This document shows, piece by piece, positions 1 to 9,415 of a stretch of 64,000 nt of DNA. The DNA is from Candidatus Micrarchaeum sp. (GTDB lineage: Archaea; Micrarchaeota; Micrarchaeia; CABMEP01), in contig DYJP01000003.1 of the NCBI GenBank assembly GCA_020723065.1, positions 195 through 64,194 of the forward strand, written 5' to 3'. Below the pieces are notes generated by a model. It saw only the letters and a program-made list of their open reading frames with translations, was not told the origin of the DNA and did no database searches. How positions within the stretch are numbered: the first letter of the stretch is position 1; every line of letters starts with the position of its first letter. The position numbers and the translations under genes are program-made.

Positions 1-1932
1 CGCAGAGAGACCAACACTCTTTAGCATATCAACCCTCTTTCCGTGATCGAAGAACCTGTCCGGTATGGCCAGTATCTTAACCGGGACCTGAAGATTGTTA
101 TGATTTAGAATCTCGAGCACTCCACTTCCGAATCCTCCGAGTGCGTGGCCTTCTTCCGCTGTAACGACCTTTCCGCACCTCGATGCTACATCCACTATGA
201 GCTGCTCGTCCATCGGCTTGATGAATCTTCCGTTAACAACTATCGCATTGATTCCTTTCGTTTTCAGAATTTCGGCTGCTTTGATTGCTTCATTCACCAT
301 GCTTCCGATTGCTATGATCGCCACATCCTCTCCATGCTCGACTTCAACAAAACCTTTACCGAGCTCTATCTTGAGATTCTCTGGCTTCGGCATTCCAGTT
401 ATGGATGCCTTCGGGTATCTCAATGAAGACGGGCCCTTGTCCCACGAAAGTGCGAACTCGAGCATTGCCTCGACCTCGTGCTCGTTTGCGGGAGCCATGG
501 CGACTATATTCGGAACCATTCTCATGTAAACTATGTCAAATGGACCCTGCTGAGTTGCATTATCATCCACCAATCCTGCATTGTTCAGTGCAAACACCAC
601 GGGGAGTTTCTGCAATGCAACCTCGTAGATCGCCTCATCTATCGCCCTAAGTAAGAAAGATGAATGTACGGCCACAACCGGCCTCATTCCTGCCTTAGCT
701 AGACCTGCTGCTATGGTTGTTTCATTCTGCTCTGCAATTCCCGCATCAAGGAACCTTTCTGGAAATTCCTTTGAGAAAGGAAGAAGTCCACTGCCAATAG
801 GCATGGCTGCCGTTAATGCGAATATTCTCTTGTCCTTCCTTCCAAGTTCTATAAGCTTATTTCCGAAAGCCTCAAAATATGCGGGCAAAGCCCCTTGCTT
901 CTTGATTATCTCTCCAGATTCTGGATCAAACTGGCCAAGACCATGATACTTTCCATGCTTGTCTGATGAAGACTCTGCAAATGAACAGCCCTTACCCTTA
1001 GTAGTGATCACATGCACTAAAACCGGCCCCTTCATAAGCGCAGCTTTCTGGAACGTGTCTATAAGCATTGAAATGTTGTGTCCATCTATTGGACCTAGGT
1101 ACCTGTACCCGAGCTCCTCGAATACGATTCCCGGGGTCAAAACGGAAAGCGCAGCCTCACGCAGCCTCTTGGCCGCCTGGAGGAGCTCCTCTCTTTCCTT
1201 TGGCACATTATCCATGATGAGATGAATGTCTCCCCTCACCTGGTGGTACATCGGGCTCTCGAATATCCTGTTTCCGAAAGACAGCCTATTGTTATAAGCC
1301 TGAAGTCCTCCGACTGTCTTCTCATAAGACATCTTGTTGTCGTTAAGAACCAATATGAACTTCTTTCCTGCGTATCCTCCGTAATTCAAGCCTTCAAGGG
1401 CAAGACCTCCGGTCAATGCGCCGTCTCCTATGACCGCCACTACGTTGTAGTTCTCCTTCTTCTCGTCTCTTCCTATCGCCATTCCTATGGCTTGGGAGAT
1501 GACCGGGCTTGCGTGGCCGGTTATGAAGTGGTCATGCTCGCTTTCCCTCGGATCGGTGAATCCGCTGATTCCTCCCGGCTGCCTAAGTGTATGGAATACG
1601 TTATATCTTCCTGTCAGAAGCTTGTGAGTGTAAGACTGATGTCCAGTATCGAAAAGTATCTTATCTTTTGGAGAATTAAACACCTTGTGCAATGCGATAG
1701 TAAGTTCCACAGTTCCCAGATTAGGGGAAAGATGCCCTCCATTGTTCGAAATAGTGTCGATCAGCAGCTCCCTTATCTCCTTGGCAAGCTTCGGAAGATC
1801 CCCAATCGGCATCTTCTTTACATCGGCAGGCGACTTTATTCTTGGCAATAAGCCTTCGACTTGCTTTACTGTTGCTGGCTTGCTAGTTGCTGATGCCGCT
1901 CTTTTGTTTTGCGAATTGTTATCTGACTTCAT
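1..1932 (-). CDS. dxs: 1-deoxy-D-xylulose-5-phosphate synthase (C-terminus runs off window edge)
   Basis: The reverse-strand reading frame is open from the ATG at 1932..1930 to base 1; it is missing from the ORF track because it has no stop in the window. My translation is MKSDNN...GGHLSPNLGTVELTIALH...FDTGHQSYTHKLLTGR...AVIGDGALTGGLALEGLN (TPP GDG motif), typical of DXS. A GAGGTG SD lies about 6 nt upstream. Confidence 0.9.
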   Translation of the reverse strand, partial: MKSDNNSQNKRAASATSKPATVKQVEGLLPRIKSPADVKKMPIGDLPKLAKEIRELLIDTISNNGGHLSPNLGTVELTIALHKVFNSPKDKILFDTGHQSYTHKLLTGRYNVFHTLRQPGGISGFTDPRESEHDHFITGHASPVISQAIGMAIGRDEKKENYNVVAVIGDGALTGGLALEGLNYGGYAGKKFILVLNDNKMSYEKTVGGLQAYNNRLSFGNRIFESPMYHQVRGDIHLIMDNVPKEREELLQAAKRLREAALSVLTPGIVFEELGYRYLGPIDGHNISMLIDTFQKAALMKGPVLVHVITTKGKGCSFAESSSDKHGKYHGLGQFDPESGEIIKKQGALPAYFEAFGNKLIELGRKDKRIFALTAAMPIGSGLLPFSKEFPERFLDAGIAEQNETTIAAGLAKAGMRPVVAVHSSFLLRAIDEAIYEVALQKLPVVFALNNAGLVDDNATQQGPFDIVYMRMVPNIVAMAPANEHEVEAMLEFALSWDKGPSSLRYPKASITGMPKPENLKIELGKGFVEVEHGEDVAIIAIGSMVNEAIKAAEILKTKGINAIVVNGRFIKPMDEQLIVDVASRCGKVVTAEEGHALGGFGSGVLEILNHNNLQVPVKILAIPDRFFDHGKRVDMLKSVGLSA

Positions 1933-1963
1933 AATTACACCTCGTAAACGTAACTTTTTTATT

Positions 1964-2140
1964 TCACCCTATTAGTTCATTTCTTATATTCATTTTGCAT
2001 TTTTCGAAACCTGTTTCTAAAGGTATCAAACCGACACAAATCTCGATGCACCCGCCGTCATGAAACCGCCCGCACTCGTCTTTTTGAACAAGACTTCCGC
2101 TCGAATGCCAATGCATGGTTTCATCTATTTTATTCTTCAT
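1964..2140 (-). CDS. small Cys-rich hypothetical protein (58 aa)
   Basis: This ORF is below the track cutoff: MKNKIDETMHWHSSGSLVQKDECGRFHDGGCIEICVGLIPLETGFEKCKMNIRNELIG. A GGAGG lies about 11 nt upstream of the ATG at 2140. The stop is 32 nt before the dxs start on the same strand. No family recognised. Confidence 0.35.
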   Translation of the reverse strand: MKNKIDETMHWHSSGSLVQKDECGRFHDGGCIEICVGLIPLETGFEKCKMNIRNELIG

Positions 2141-2191
2141 TTTTTTAATAACCTCCTATCGGGTACGATTTTGGAAGTTAATAATTTGCAG

Positions 2192-2209
2192 GCATATTAC
2201 CTAATATGC
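2192..2209. promoter_or_regulatory. perfect palindrome GCATATTA-CC-TAATATGC upstream of small ORF/dxs
   Basis: An 8-bp-arm inverted repeat read directly, about 50-70 nt upstream of the ATG at 2140 in an AT-rich intergenic region. Its function is not established. Confidence 0.3.
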
Positions 2210-2350
2210 TCGCAGTAATATAATACATAATAATATTTAAAAAGCTCGTCATACGTCCATTGACGAATCGACACTTAACGAAAAAATACAATTCATTGTA
2301 TACACATCTAAATTATACAACACTTAGTATGCCAGCTTGAATTATTCATA

Positions 2351-3481
2351 CTAGATTTTATTTTTTTGTTCTAACGCTTTTTTCTTTTCCAGGTTTCTAA
2401 GCCGCTTCTGCCACTTAACCGGAATAGGATTATTATAGCCAGCCACGGCAAGAATTTTTCTCATGTTGGTGGAATTCGCACCACCCACCCGCTTAAGGAA
2501 AGTAAAACCAATTCCCGTAAAAATCGGAGAGGAGAATTTAATGAACTTGAATTGACTAAATTTTATCTTCGTCCAATCAACCTTTTCCCCGCAGGATAAA
2601 AGTAACGCCTTGATCTGACCTGCAATGACTGGATCGTCTAAATTTATCTTCTTGCCTCTTAATTTATTTCTTGAAAACACGAACTTACTAGTGTCAAATC
2701 CGGCAGCATCCAAAACAGTCTGAATATTCTCAAAACGAAACATATTCTTATATCCGAAGCATTTGAAAAGAAGACCTCGACCAGTGATAGTATCTTTTCC
2801 TTTTCTTATTAACGCATTGCACTTGAATTTCATCTTGAGAAATTCGGTAACAAGCACCGGTTGTGCATCAAAATCAAATCCGGAAGAAAGCAACAGCTCC
2901 CTGAGAAGCTTGCTGTTCTGAAGTAAAGACGAATAATACTTGTTTGTCTCCCCAATGTCTTCAAGGAACCTAACGAATTCATTTTTTCGAGAGTATCCTC
3001 GATTTAGGATCTGTTCTGCTTTAGAATGGTTTCCTGCCTTTAATGCCTTGGCAGACTCGTATTTGATGAGCAATTTTTCTCCTTTACCTTCAAACAGGTC
3101 TGAATTAATGTTAGTATTTTTAAATTCTGTAAATTTTAATGAGGATAAATCAATGTTTGATTCTATTAATATCTTCCTTATTGTCACAAGATCTGAAAAG
3201 TCTGCTTCGTTTCTTGCAAAATGGTTAAGACCAATGTTTAACTTCCTGCAAAGAGTCATAAAATTATCAGAGGACCTTTTCCTAGAGCCAAAGTTCCTTA
3301 GTATGGTTTGACCGGAAACCGAATCTCCGTCAAGCCTGAACTTCATTTTCATGAATTCTTTACAATTAGTCCGCTTGTTCACTCCACCTTCGAAAAGTGA
3401 TTGTCTAAGCGACTCTTTACTCAGTTTCAAGTCAAAAACCTTCGAATTCTTAAATGTCTTTCTAAATATGGATTTTGCCAT
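2351..3481 (-). CDS. hypothetical basic protein with internal tandem repeats
   Basis: 376-aa ORF, K/R-rich. The recurring module h-x2-h-L-x3-G-h-D ... F-x-KF ... G-x-G ... L appears at least 4-5 times (e.g. KEFMKMKFRLDGDSVSGQTILRNFG, TEFLKMKFKCNALIRKGKDTITGRGLLFKCFG, IKFSQFKFIKFSSPIFTGIGFTFLKRVGG). No family recognised. Confidence 0.6.
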   Translation of the reverse strand: MAKSIFRKTFKNSKVFDLKLSKESLRQSLFEGGVNKRTNCKEFMKMKFRLDGDSVSGQTILRNFGSRKRSSDNFMTLCRKLNIGLNHFARNEADFSDLVTIRKILIESNIDLSSLKFTEFKNTNINSDLFEGKGEKLLIKYESAKALKAGNHSKAEQILNRGYSRKNEFVRFLEDIGETNKYYSSLLQNSKLLRELLLSSGFDFDAQPVLVTEFLKMKFKCNALIRKGKDTITGRGLLFKCFGYKNMFRFENIQTVLDAAGFDTSKFVFSRNKLRGKKINLDDPVIAGQIKALLLSCGEKVDWTKIKFSQFKFIKFSSPIFTGIGFTFLKRVGGANSTNMRKILAVAGYNNPIPVKWQKRLRNLEKKKALEQKNKI

Positions 3482-3613
3482 TAATCCTAAAAACGAATTA
3501 GATATTTAAAGATTACTAATGGCCTCTATAAAAATCCTATAAAGAAAAAATAAATTTCTTAAAAATCCTAAATGCATTTTGCAGAAAATGAAAAAAAATA
3601 AAGACAGAAATAA

Positions 3614-4300
3614 TCAATATTTATTCAATGTTTCCTTGAGCTTCTTGATTTCACACTCAATTAGAAGGAGAGGAAGCCCTTCTTTCTCTGCGATCTTTAT
3701 CGCCAGAGGATCGACATCCTTTTTCTTCAAACCGTGTATTACGATAAGAGATGGCTTGATCGGAGCTAACTTGACTGCGATCATCGGACTGCGGCCACTT
3801 GAAACATTAGTGAATATAAACGCCCTCTCGCTTATAGAACCGTAAAGCTTCTGAAAGTCATTGTACTGGAAATCCATTATGATTTTATGGCTATCAAGGA
3901 GAGTATATCCATATACCTTCTTCTTCTCAAGGAGATCTGCATTTGTAAGCGAAATCGCCTCAAGCATCTTCTGGAAATCTAATCCTGTAAGAACGGAGGA
4001 AAAATTCTTGACCTCAAATGCATCTGAAGGTTTCTCATTTATATTAAGCTTTTGCAAAATCTTTGATCCGCGTTCCATGTCTATCTTGATGATGGTCTCT
4101 ATGAACCTCTTAACCACCTTGATCCCGGGCGATTCTCTCCGATTGGATTCGTAATCGCTGATTGTAGAAGGGGTGATATCCATTGATGCCGCAAGCTCTG
4201 TCTGACTTATCTCGAATATCTCTCTCCACTTCTTCATTGCAGATCCCGGATCTTCAGACATCAGGATTTCTCCTGCAATAGTTTTCGATAACTTCTCCAT
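3614..4300 (-). CDS. XRE-type helix-turn-helix transcriptional regulator with uncharacterised C-terminal domain
   Basis: The N-terminal segment WREIFEISQTELAASMDITPSTISDYESNRRESPG is a classic HTH_3/XRE motif. The start is moved to the ATG at 4300, which is preceded by GAGTGAT; the track start is a TTG at 4306. Confidence 0.7.
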   Translation of the reverse strand: MEKLSKTIAGEILMSEDPGSAMKKWREIFEISQTELAASMDITPSTISDYESNRRESPGIKVVKRFIETIIKIDMERGSKILQKLNINEKPSDAFEVKNFSSVLTGLDFQKMLEAISLTNADLLEKKKVYGYTLLDSHKIIMDFQYNDFQKLYGSISERAFIFTNVSSGRSPMIAVKLAPIKPSLIVIHGLKKKDVDPLAIKIAEKEGLPLLLIECEIKKLKETLNKY

Positions 4301-4444
4301 CAGCAATCACTCTTTGTCAAATATTATTAGATATAGAAGATGAAATATAATATAAACATATCGCTTATTGACGAAAATAATATAGACATTCATTCGCCAA
4401 GCATAAATTGCCTAATTCGAAAGCATACTGAAAAAAATCCAACA

Positions 4445-7400
4445 TTACATGAATTCTGAAAGGTTGAACTGCCTGCTTGTCTCGTCCTCGAAAATTGATT
4501 TGATGTCCCTTTCGAGTAGATTAATACGCTGCTTAAGATAATTCGGAAGGTTGTATTCATCTATGAGATTCTTTGTTATCTTGAGATATTTTTCTATCCC
4601 TCCCCTGTTCACAGTAAGGAGAAGCTTTCCTCCGCACTTATTACACTTGCCAGAAAGCGGCGGTCTCCTATACTTGTAATTGCAGTCGACACACCTCACA
4701 GTCTGAGTACTGAATGCACGGAGATTTCCAAAAAGATCCGGAAGGAAATGACTCATGATGAGCCTCTCCGCCGCATCTCTAGGATCAACTGCCGCGATCT
4801 TCTTCCCCAGCCTAAGCTGGGCATCAATTTTCTCTTTCATTGATTTGAGGTAAACATAATTTGTTGTGACCACACCGTTGTTCAGATCCGGCGTATCGTA
4901 ACTGAACCAAAGGTCATGTGATTCATTCTCTTTCCCAAGCCTGTCCGAAACGATCTCCAGCTTGCATTCGGTCGGATGCGCGAACTTCTGCGAAGCCTCG
5001 TAGAATGAAGTTGGGAATTCCTTCACGATTTCCAGCGCGTGAACCTGATCGTCAACCTCGCTCGGATCAATCTTAGTCATCATAACGAGTGGTGCATCCA
5101 TCTGCCCTCCCCTTGTCTTAGGGAGATAAAATCTTGAGAAATTGATAAGTCCATCCATCAGGAGCATTATTGCGTTCTCGTCTCCGTCGCAATTATGGGA
5201 CAGCAACATGCCCCTACCGCAAGAGAAGATCTTCTTCTTATCTCCTTCCAACTGAATGTCGTATACAAATGGATCTGAGAGAACAGAGGAGTCAGTGTGA
5301 TCGATCGTCTTAATCCTTAATATTCTAATGTCATTCTCGATTTTCATATGTCTTGTGGCACTCAGTCGTTTTATCTCTGCCAATCTGTCGCCCTTTCTGC
5401 CGATTAGGCAAACTTTTTTCGCGAAGTCTTCAGCATCTTTAGAATAAAGACACACATAAAACAACGTTGTGATGGGCGGAATTCGGTTTAATCGCTTATA
5501 CTTTTCGATCAGGAACTTGCTACTTGTAGGACGGTCTTTTTCAATCTTAAATGTCGGGTATAAGCCGAGCTTCGTCAAGGCAAAATAAAGCTTCGAAGCA
5601 AGATTTTCGGACACTGTAGAATACTTTATCTCGCGCCCAAACACATTACCATCGCCCTGGTAACACCCACCTAAAAACGCAAGAAGCAGGCGCTCCGGAA
5701 GATTCAGTATCCAGTCGGGAATATTCTTCTCATAAGCACCCTTTCCTAACTTCAATTTCTCTATAAACAACTTGAAGCATAATTTATTAGTTATATAGAC
5801 TCCTCTGTCATCTTCGTGTATAGGGACGCCAAGAGCATCTCGAATGCAGTTCTTAATATCTTTTTTGACTTTTGGATCCATCGCCGCAAAGCCGATATGG
5901 TAAGATTCCTTCCCTTTCTTTTTAGATGTCCAGGCCCAGCCTTCCGACACATAATAGCCCATCAGCCGAAGGAGCTTTTCCGTGATTCTTATTTTTATTG
6001 GCATACTCCCGAAATTCCTCTTGAAACCGATAGTAAACTCGGATCTTTCATTCTCTCTTACCTGTCTGTACACTGCTAAAGGTATTCTATATGGTTTTCG
6101 GTAAAATGAATTGCCAATGATTCTGACTGTTGTCTTAAGGCTCTTTGCAGCTTTTTTCATACTGCCGAATCTATGCATCGTTCTTTCTGCAAATCTCTTG
6201 TCAGTCCTAACTGTAATATTGTCAGATTCAAAGTCATTCCAGAAAATATCAACAAGATCTAGTTCCTTTGAAGAGTCGGTCTTTGTGGCTTCAATCGCCG
6301 ACAGAGATGCAAGTAGATCCTGTTCAGTCAACTCCCCTGCTCTCTTCTCTTTTAGCACCTTTGTTCCGGGATCGAAAACCCACATTCTATGGTCTGGAGT
6401 CACAATGACTTCCTGATTGTTTTCAGCGACTATTCTGATCATTGGACCTTTATAGTGTTTTCTCATCAAAAATCTGATTTTCTTTTTCTCTGCATTGCCT
6501 TTTGTGTCGGTTCCTAATGCAAGGACATTTCTATTCGATAAGTCGATCAACTCCCATTCTCCATCTTTTATTCTAGGTTCATCGGAGTATTTGGTAAACA
6601 TTTCAGAAACACTATCAACATGCAATCGCTTATTACTTTGGTAATAAAGCAGCGTCTTTCCATCAAAGCAATCTCTTCTCGAAGCGGCAAACAGGTACGG
6701 ATGAGCGTAGCATACGTGCGCCTTGGTGGTTCCGATTATCCTACTTGCGATTCCACAAGAAGTGTGCGGCGACAGCTCAATCACGAGATGGCCAATGAGA
6801 TCCCGGTCCTCTTTAAGATTATAGTAAGGCTCATGATTGTAAAGAAGCCTGAGCTCGTCGTCTATGAATTTGGCTACGCGCGCCATGTATTTAAGCGCGC
6901 GCTCGGAGACTATCATGTCATGCGGAAGAAGCTCAACGAGCTGGCGATCTTCCTTGAGATCGTTTCCGAATGCGTCCTTCTTGTATCCCATCTCATTCAA
7001 CTTTTGTATGGAAGTTCCGATCTCGTAAGGATAGAAATGGGTTATCGGCGCATTTGTAGCGTCGAACCTGCAGGTTCCGTCCTTGAATACCGAAATCTCG
7101 TGATGGGCCCTAAGTATTCCTTTCTCAAGCTTCTCCGGTATCCTAAGCTCGCTCATCATTCCCGTGGTTCCCTTGACATCTTCTGGATTCATCCTTGTCT
7201 TTGCGACCGCCTGGTCTACAAGCTCTATTATGTTGATCGGTCTGGTATCATAGAAAACTGTCTTTGCCTTCACTGGTTCACCTTTTGCCCCTCCTTTAAG
7301 CGCGTTGAGATTGCAGGTATGCATCTCTTCGTATGACGGTTTTCCACATTTTGTGCAAATCCTCTCCGGCCTTGTTATTTTGCCGCACTTGGGGCAGATT

Positions 7401-9382
7401 CTTGTGAACGAAATCGTATGACAGAACGGGCACTTCATCCTTGCGACTTCCACAGTCATATCATACTTCATCTTCTTGGACTTCGCGTCCCTGTATGCTT
7501 TCATAATGTTCCTTGTCTTTCCTCCCGCGTTTCCTATTGGAAATAACGAATGTACCAATGGCTTCATGTGCCTCTCCCTGGATTTCTCAGGCCTTCCCAT
7601 GCGGCTTCCAATCCAAGTTCCCGCCTTGTCCCTTATCTTTATTCCGGAAACCAGATTGACCGCTTCCAATCCGGAAATTTCGTCGGCTATCTTTTCTGAA
7701 ATCCTCTTCACAACGGCCGCATCCGGCTTCTGACCTATCTCTATTCCGAGCGATTTTGCCAATGCCTTTGAATCGTCCCCTTCTATGATTATGATGTCCT
7801 TTTCCACTTTGTGAGGAAGAAGAATCTTCTCTAATATGTTCTTTGCCGGAGAGTAAGAAAGCCTCAGCTCCTTCGGACTGAGCGGATTAATCAAGTCGTA
7901 CCTCCATTCTGCTCCCTGAAGCCATTGCAAGAGTTCCTTTATGTCCTTGCCGCTAACATTAGACCAGAAAAACGTGAATTTCGGATGGAGCGGCAGTCCT
8001 ATATCTTTCGACATCTTAAGAGCGGTGTCGAAACTGATTGGCTGCGTTGAGACTTGAATATTGAACTCGTTATTTATCTCAGGCTTTATCGCAACAGCTT
8101 CCTTGTACTCTTGGAACCACCATTCCTCGTTGTATCCTGCGGGAAAAAGCGGACTGTTTGATTTGAGAAAATCACCATAAGAAACAAGAATGTCTCCTAT
8201 GAAAAGTATGGTCTGGACCTGCTCGTTTATCTTTTCAGCAAGCTCCTTACTGTCCACTCTTATTACACTTCCATCCTTCAACCTTACTACAGGCGGCTCG
8301 ATAGTCTCGCATGGAGTGATTACACATCCTTTCCCAGGTCTCTCGAGCTTAAATTGCGTCCCTATTGCAGGAAAAGAATCAAGTATTACCATTGTCGCAG
8401 GATGAATTCCCTTCGCCATAAATCCGCTGAGCCTGGTCCTTCCGTACCTTAGCCTGAATCCCCCGAATCTCGATGGGTATGCGATGACTGGCCTCCCAGC
8501 CACAACTTCCTCTATGTATTTTTCGTTCGGCTCTACCTTGATGATCTTCGATTCCTTAGCCTTCGGAGCCTTGATTATAGATTCAAGCCAGCTCCAATCA
8601 ATACCTATTTTCTTCGATTCTTTGAGAACCTTGGCTGCCTTCTGTGCGATTCCTTCGCATAGCACCAGCGCCATTCCTCCTCTGATCCTGTTTGTATCTA
8701 TTCCTGGAACATTTCTGTACGCACCAACTTCGAACTCTTCTGTAGGATCCCCAGTGACGCAGACAGGACAGTTCCTTACTATGTGCCTGAACTCATCGTC
8801 GTGCGGCTTGTACTGAAGCCTTGCGGCCCTTGCATCATAAAGCTCAATCTCCTCGAGGTATCTCTCTACCGCAGTGTCTGTTGGCCTCCATTCCACAAGA
8901 TTCATTTTTCTTCTCAAGAAATCTGCAAGCAGAACACTCAACGCAGCTGCGGTTCCTCCTGCGGACCTTATCGGACCTGAATAATAGACTGCAAGATACT
9001 CTGTTCCATCCATATTGTTGTGGATTTTAACACTTGCGATTCCTTCGGTAGGTGCCACGAGAACTCCTTCTGTCAAGACCGCCGTTCCAGTCCTGACTGC
9101 CTGCTCAATAAGCTTTTCCCTTTCCATCTTTCCAAATTTCTCTGAAAGGACTGCCTCTGCCGTCAGGAATGCAATCTGAGTCCTAGTCTTATCATGTGGC
9201 AATGAGCGGATGTATTCCGCCACTCCTTTCGGCCCAACAATTCCTTCAACTCTCGCTGCAAGATCCGGTGCCGGCACTATCTCCACTTCATCAGAAGGGT
9301 CAAGATGGTTAGACCTTGCAGATTTTGCAAATTCATAGGACTTTGCTATGGCTTCCTGCATCATGTCGTGAGCTGAATTCAT
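4445..9382 (-). CDS. polC: DNA polymerase D (Pol II) large subunit DP2, intein-containing
   Basis: 1648-aa ORF with DP2 hallmarks: Zn-finger clusters CPFCHT...CPKCG...CTKCG and the catalytic AASRRD/CDGDENA motif split by an insert. The C-terminus QFNLSEFM is PIP-box-like. The extein total is 1155 aa. The track start GTG 9391 is part of the SD GTGAT; the ATG at 9382 is preferred. Confidence 0.95.
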   Translation of the reverse strand: MNSAHDMMQEAIAKSYEFAKSARSNHLDPSDEVEIVPAPDLAARVEGIVGPKGVAEYIRSLPHDKTRTQIAFLTAEAVLSEKFGKMEREKLIEQAVRTGTAVLTEGVLVAPTEGIASVKIHNNMDGTEYLAVYYSGPIRSAGGTAAALSVLLADFLRRKMNLVEWRPTDTAVERYLEEIELYDARAARLQYKPHDDEFRHIVRNCPVCVTGDPTEEFEVGAYRNVPGIDTNRIRGGMALVLCEGIAQKAAKVLKESKKIGIDWSWLESIIKAPKAKESKIIKVEPNEKYIEEVVAGRPVIAYPSRFGGFRLRYGRTRLSGFMAKGIHPATMVILDSFPAIGTQFKLERPGKGCVITPCETIEPPVVRLKDGSVIRVDSKELAEKINEQVQTILFIGDILVSYGDFLKSNSPLFPAGYNEEWWFQEYKEAVAIKPEINNEFNIQVSTQPISFDTALKMSKDIGLPLHPKFTFFWSNVSGKDIKELLQWLQGAEWRYDLINPLSPKELRLSYSPAKNILEKILLPHKVEKDIIIIEGDDSKALAKSLGIEIGQKPDAAVVKRISEKIADEISGLEAVNLVSGIKIRDKAGTWIGSRMGRPEKSRERHMKPLVHSLFPIGNAGGKTRNIMKAYRDAKSKKMKYDMTVEVARMKCPFCHTISFTRICPKCGKITRPERICTKCGKPSYEEMHTCNLNALKGGAKGEPVKAKTVFYDTRPINIIELVDQAVAKTRMNPEDVKGTTGMMSELRIPEKLEKGILRAHHEISVFKDGTCRFDATNAPITHFYPYEIGTSIQKLNEMGYKKDAFGNDLKEDRQLVELLPHDMIVSERALKYMARVAKFIDDELRLLYNHEPYYNLKEDRDLIGHLVIELSPHTSCGIASRIIGTTKAHVCYAHPYLFAASRRDCFDGKTLLYYQSNKRLHVDSVSEMFTKYSDEPRIKDGEWELIDLSNRNVLALGTDTKGNAEKKKIRFLMRKHYKGPMIRIVAENNQEVIVTPDHRMWVFDPGTKVLKEKRAGELTEQDLLASLSAIEATKTDSSKELDLVDIFWNDFESDNITVRTDKRFAERTMHRFGSMKKAAKSLKTTVRIIGNSFYRKPYRIPLAVYRQVRENERSEFTIGFKRNFGSMPIKIRITEKLLRLMGYYVSEGWAWTSKKKGKESYHIGFAAMDPKVKKDIKNCIRDALGVPIHEDDRGVYITNKLCFKLFIEKLKLGKGAYEKNIPDWILNLPERLLLAFLGGCYQGDGNVFGREIKYSTVSENLASKLYFALTKLGLYPTFKIEKDRPTSSKFLIEKYKRLNRIPPITTLFYVCLYSKDAEDFAKKVCLIGRKGDRLAEIKRLSATRHMKIENDIRILRIKTIDHTDSSVLSDPFVYDIQLEGDKKKIFSCGRGMLLSHNCDGDENAIMLLMDGLINFSRFYLPKTRGGQMDAPLVMMTKIDPSEVDDQVHALEIVKEFPTSFYEASQKFAHPTECKLEIVSDRLGKENESHDLWFSYDTPDLNNGVVTTNYVYLKSMKEKIDAQLRLGKKIAAVDPRDAAERLIMSHFLPDLFGNLRAFSTQTVRCVDCNYKYRRPPLSGKCNKCGGKLLLTVNRGGIEKYLKITKNLIDEYNLPNYLKQRINLLERDIKSIFEDETSRQFNLSEFM
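5192..6670 (-). mobile_element. 493-aa intein with LAGLIDADG homing-endonuclease domain inside DP2
   Basis: The insert begins with Cys (RRD|CFDGKTLL) and has a block-B TxxH (VTPDH). Two LAGLIDADG motifs are present (LMGYYVSEGWA, FLGGCYQGDGNV). It ends LLSHN followed by +1 Cys of CDGDE. The junctions are in frame with the host ORF. Confidence 0.85.
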
Positions 9383-9415
9383 AATCATCACTTGAAATAG
9401 ACTGCAAGTTCCCTA

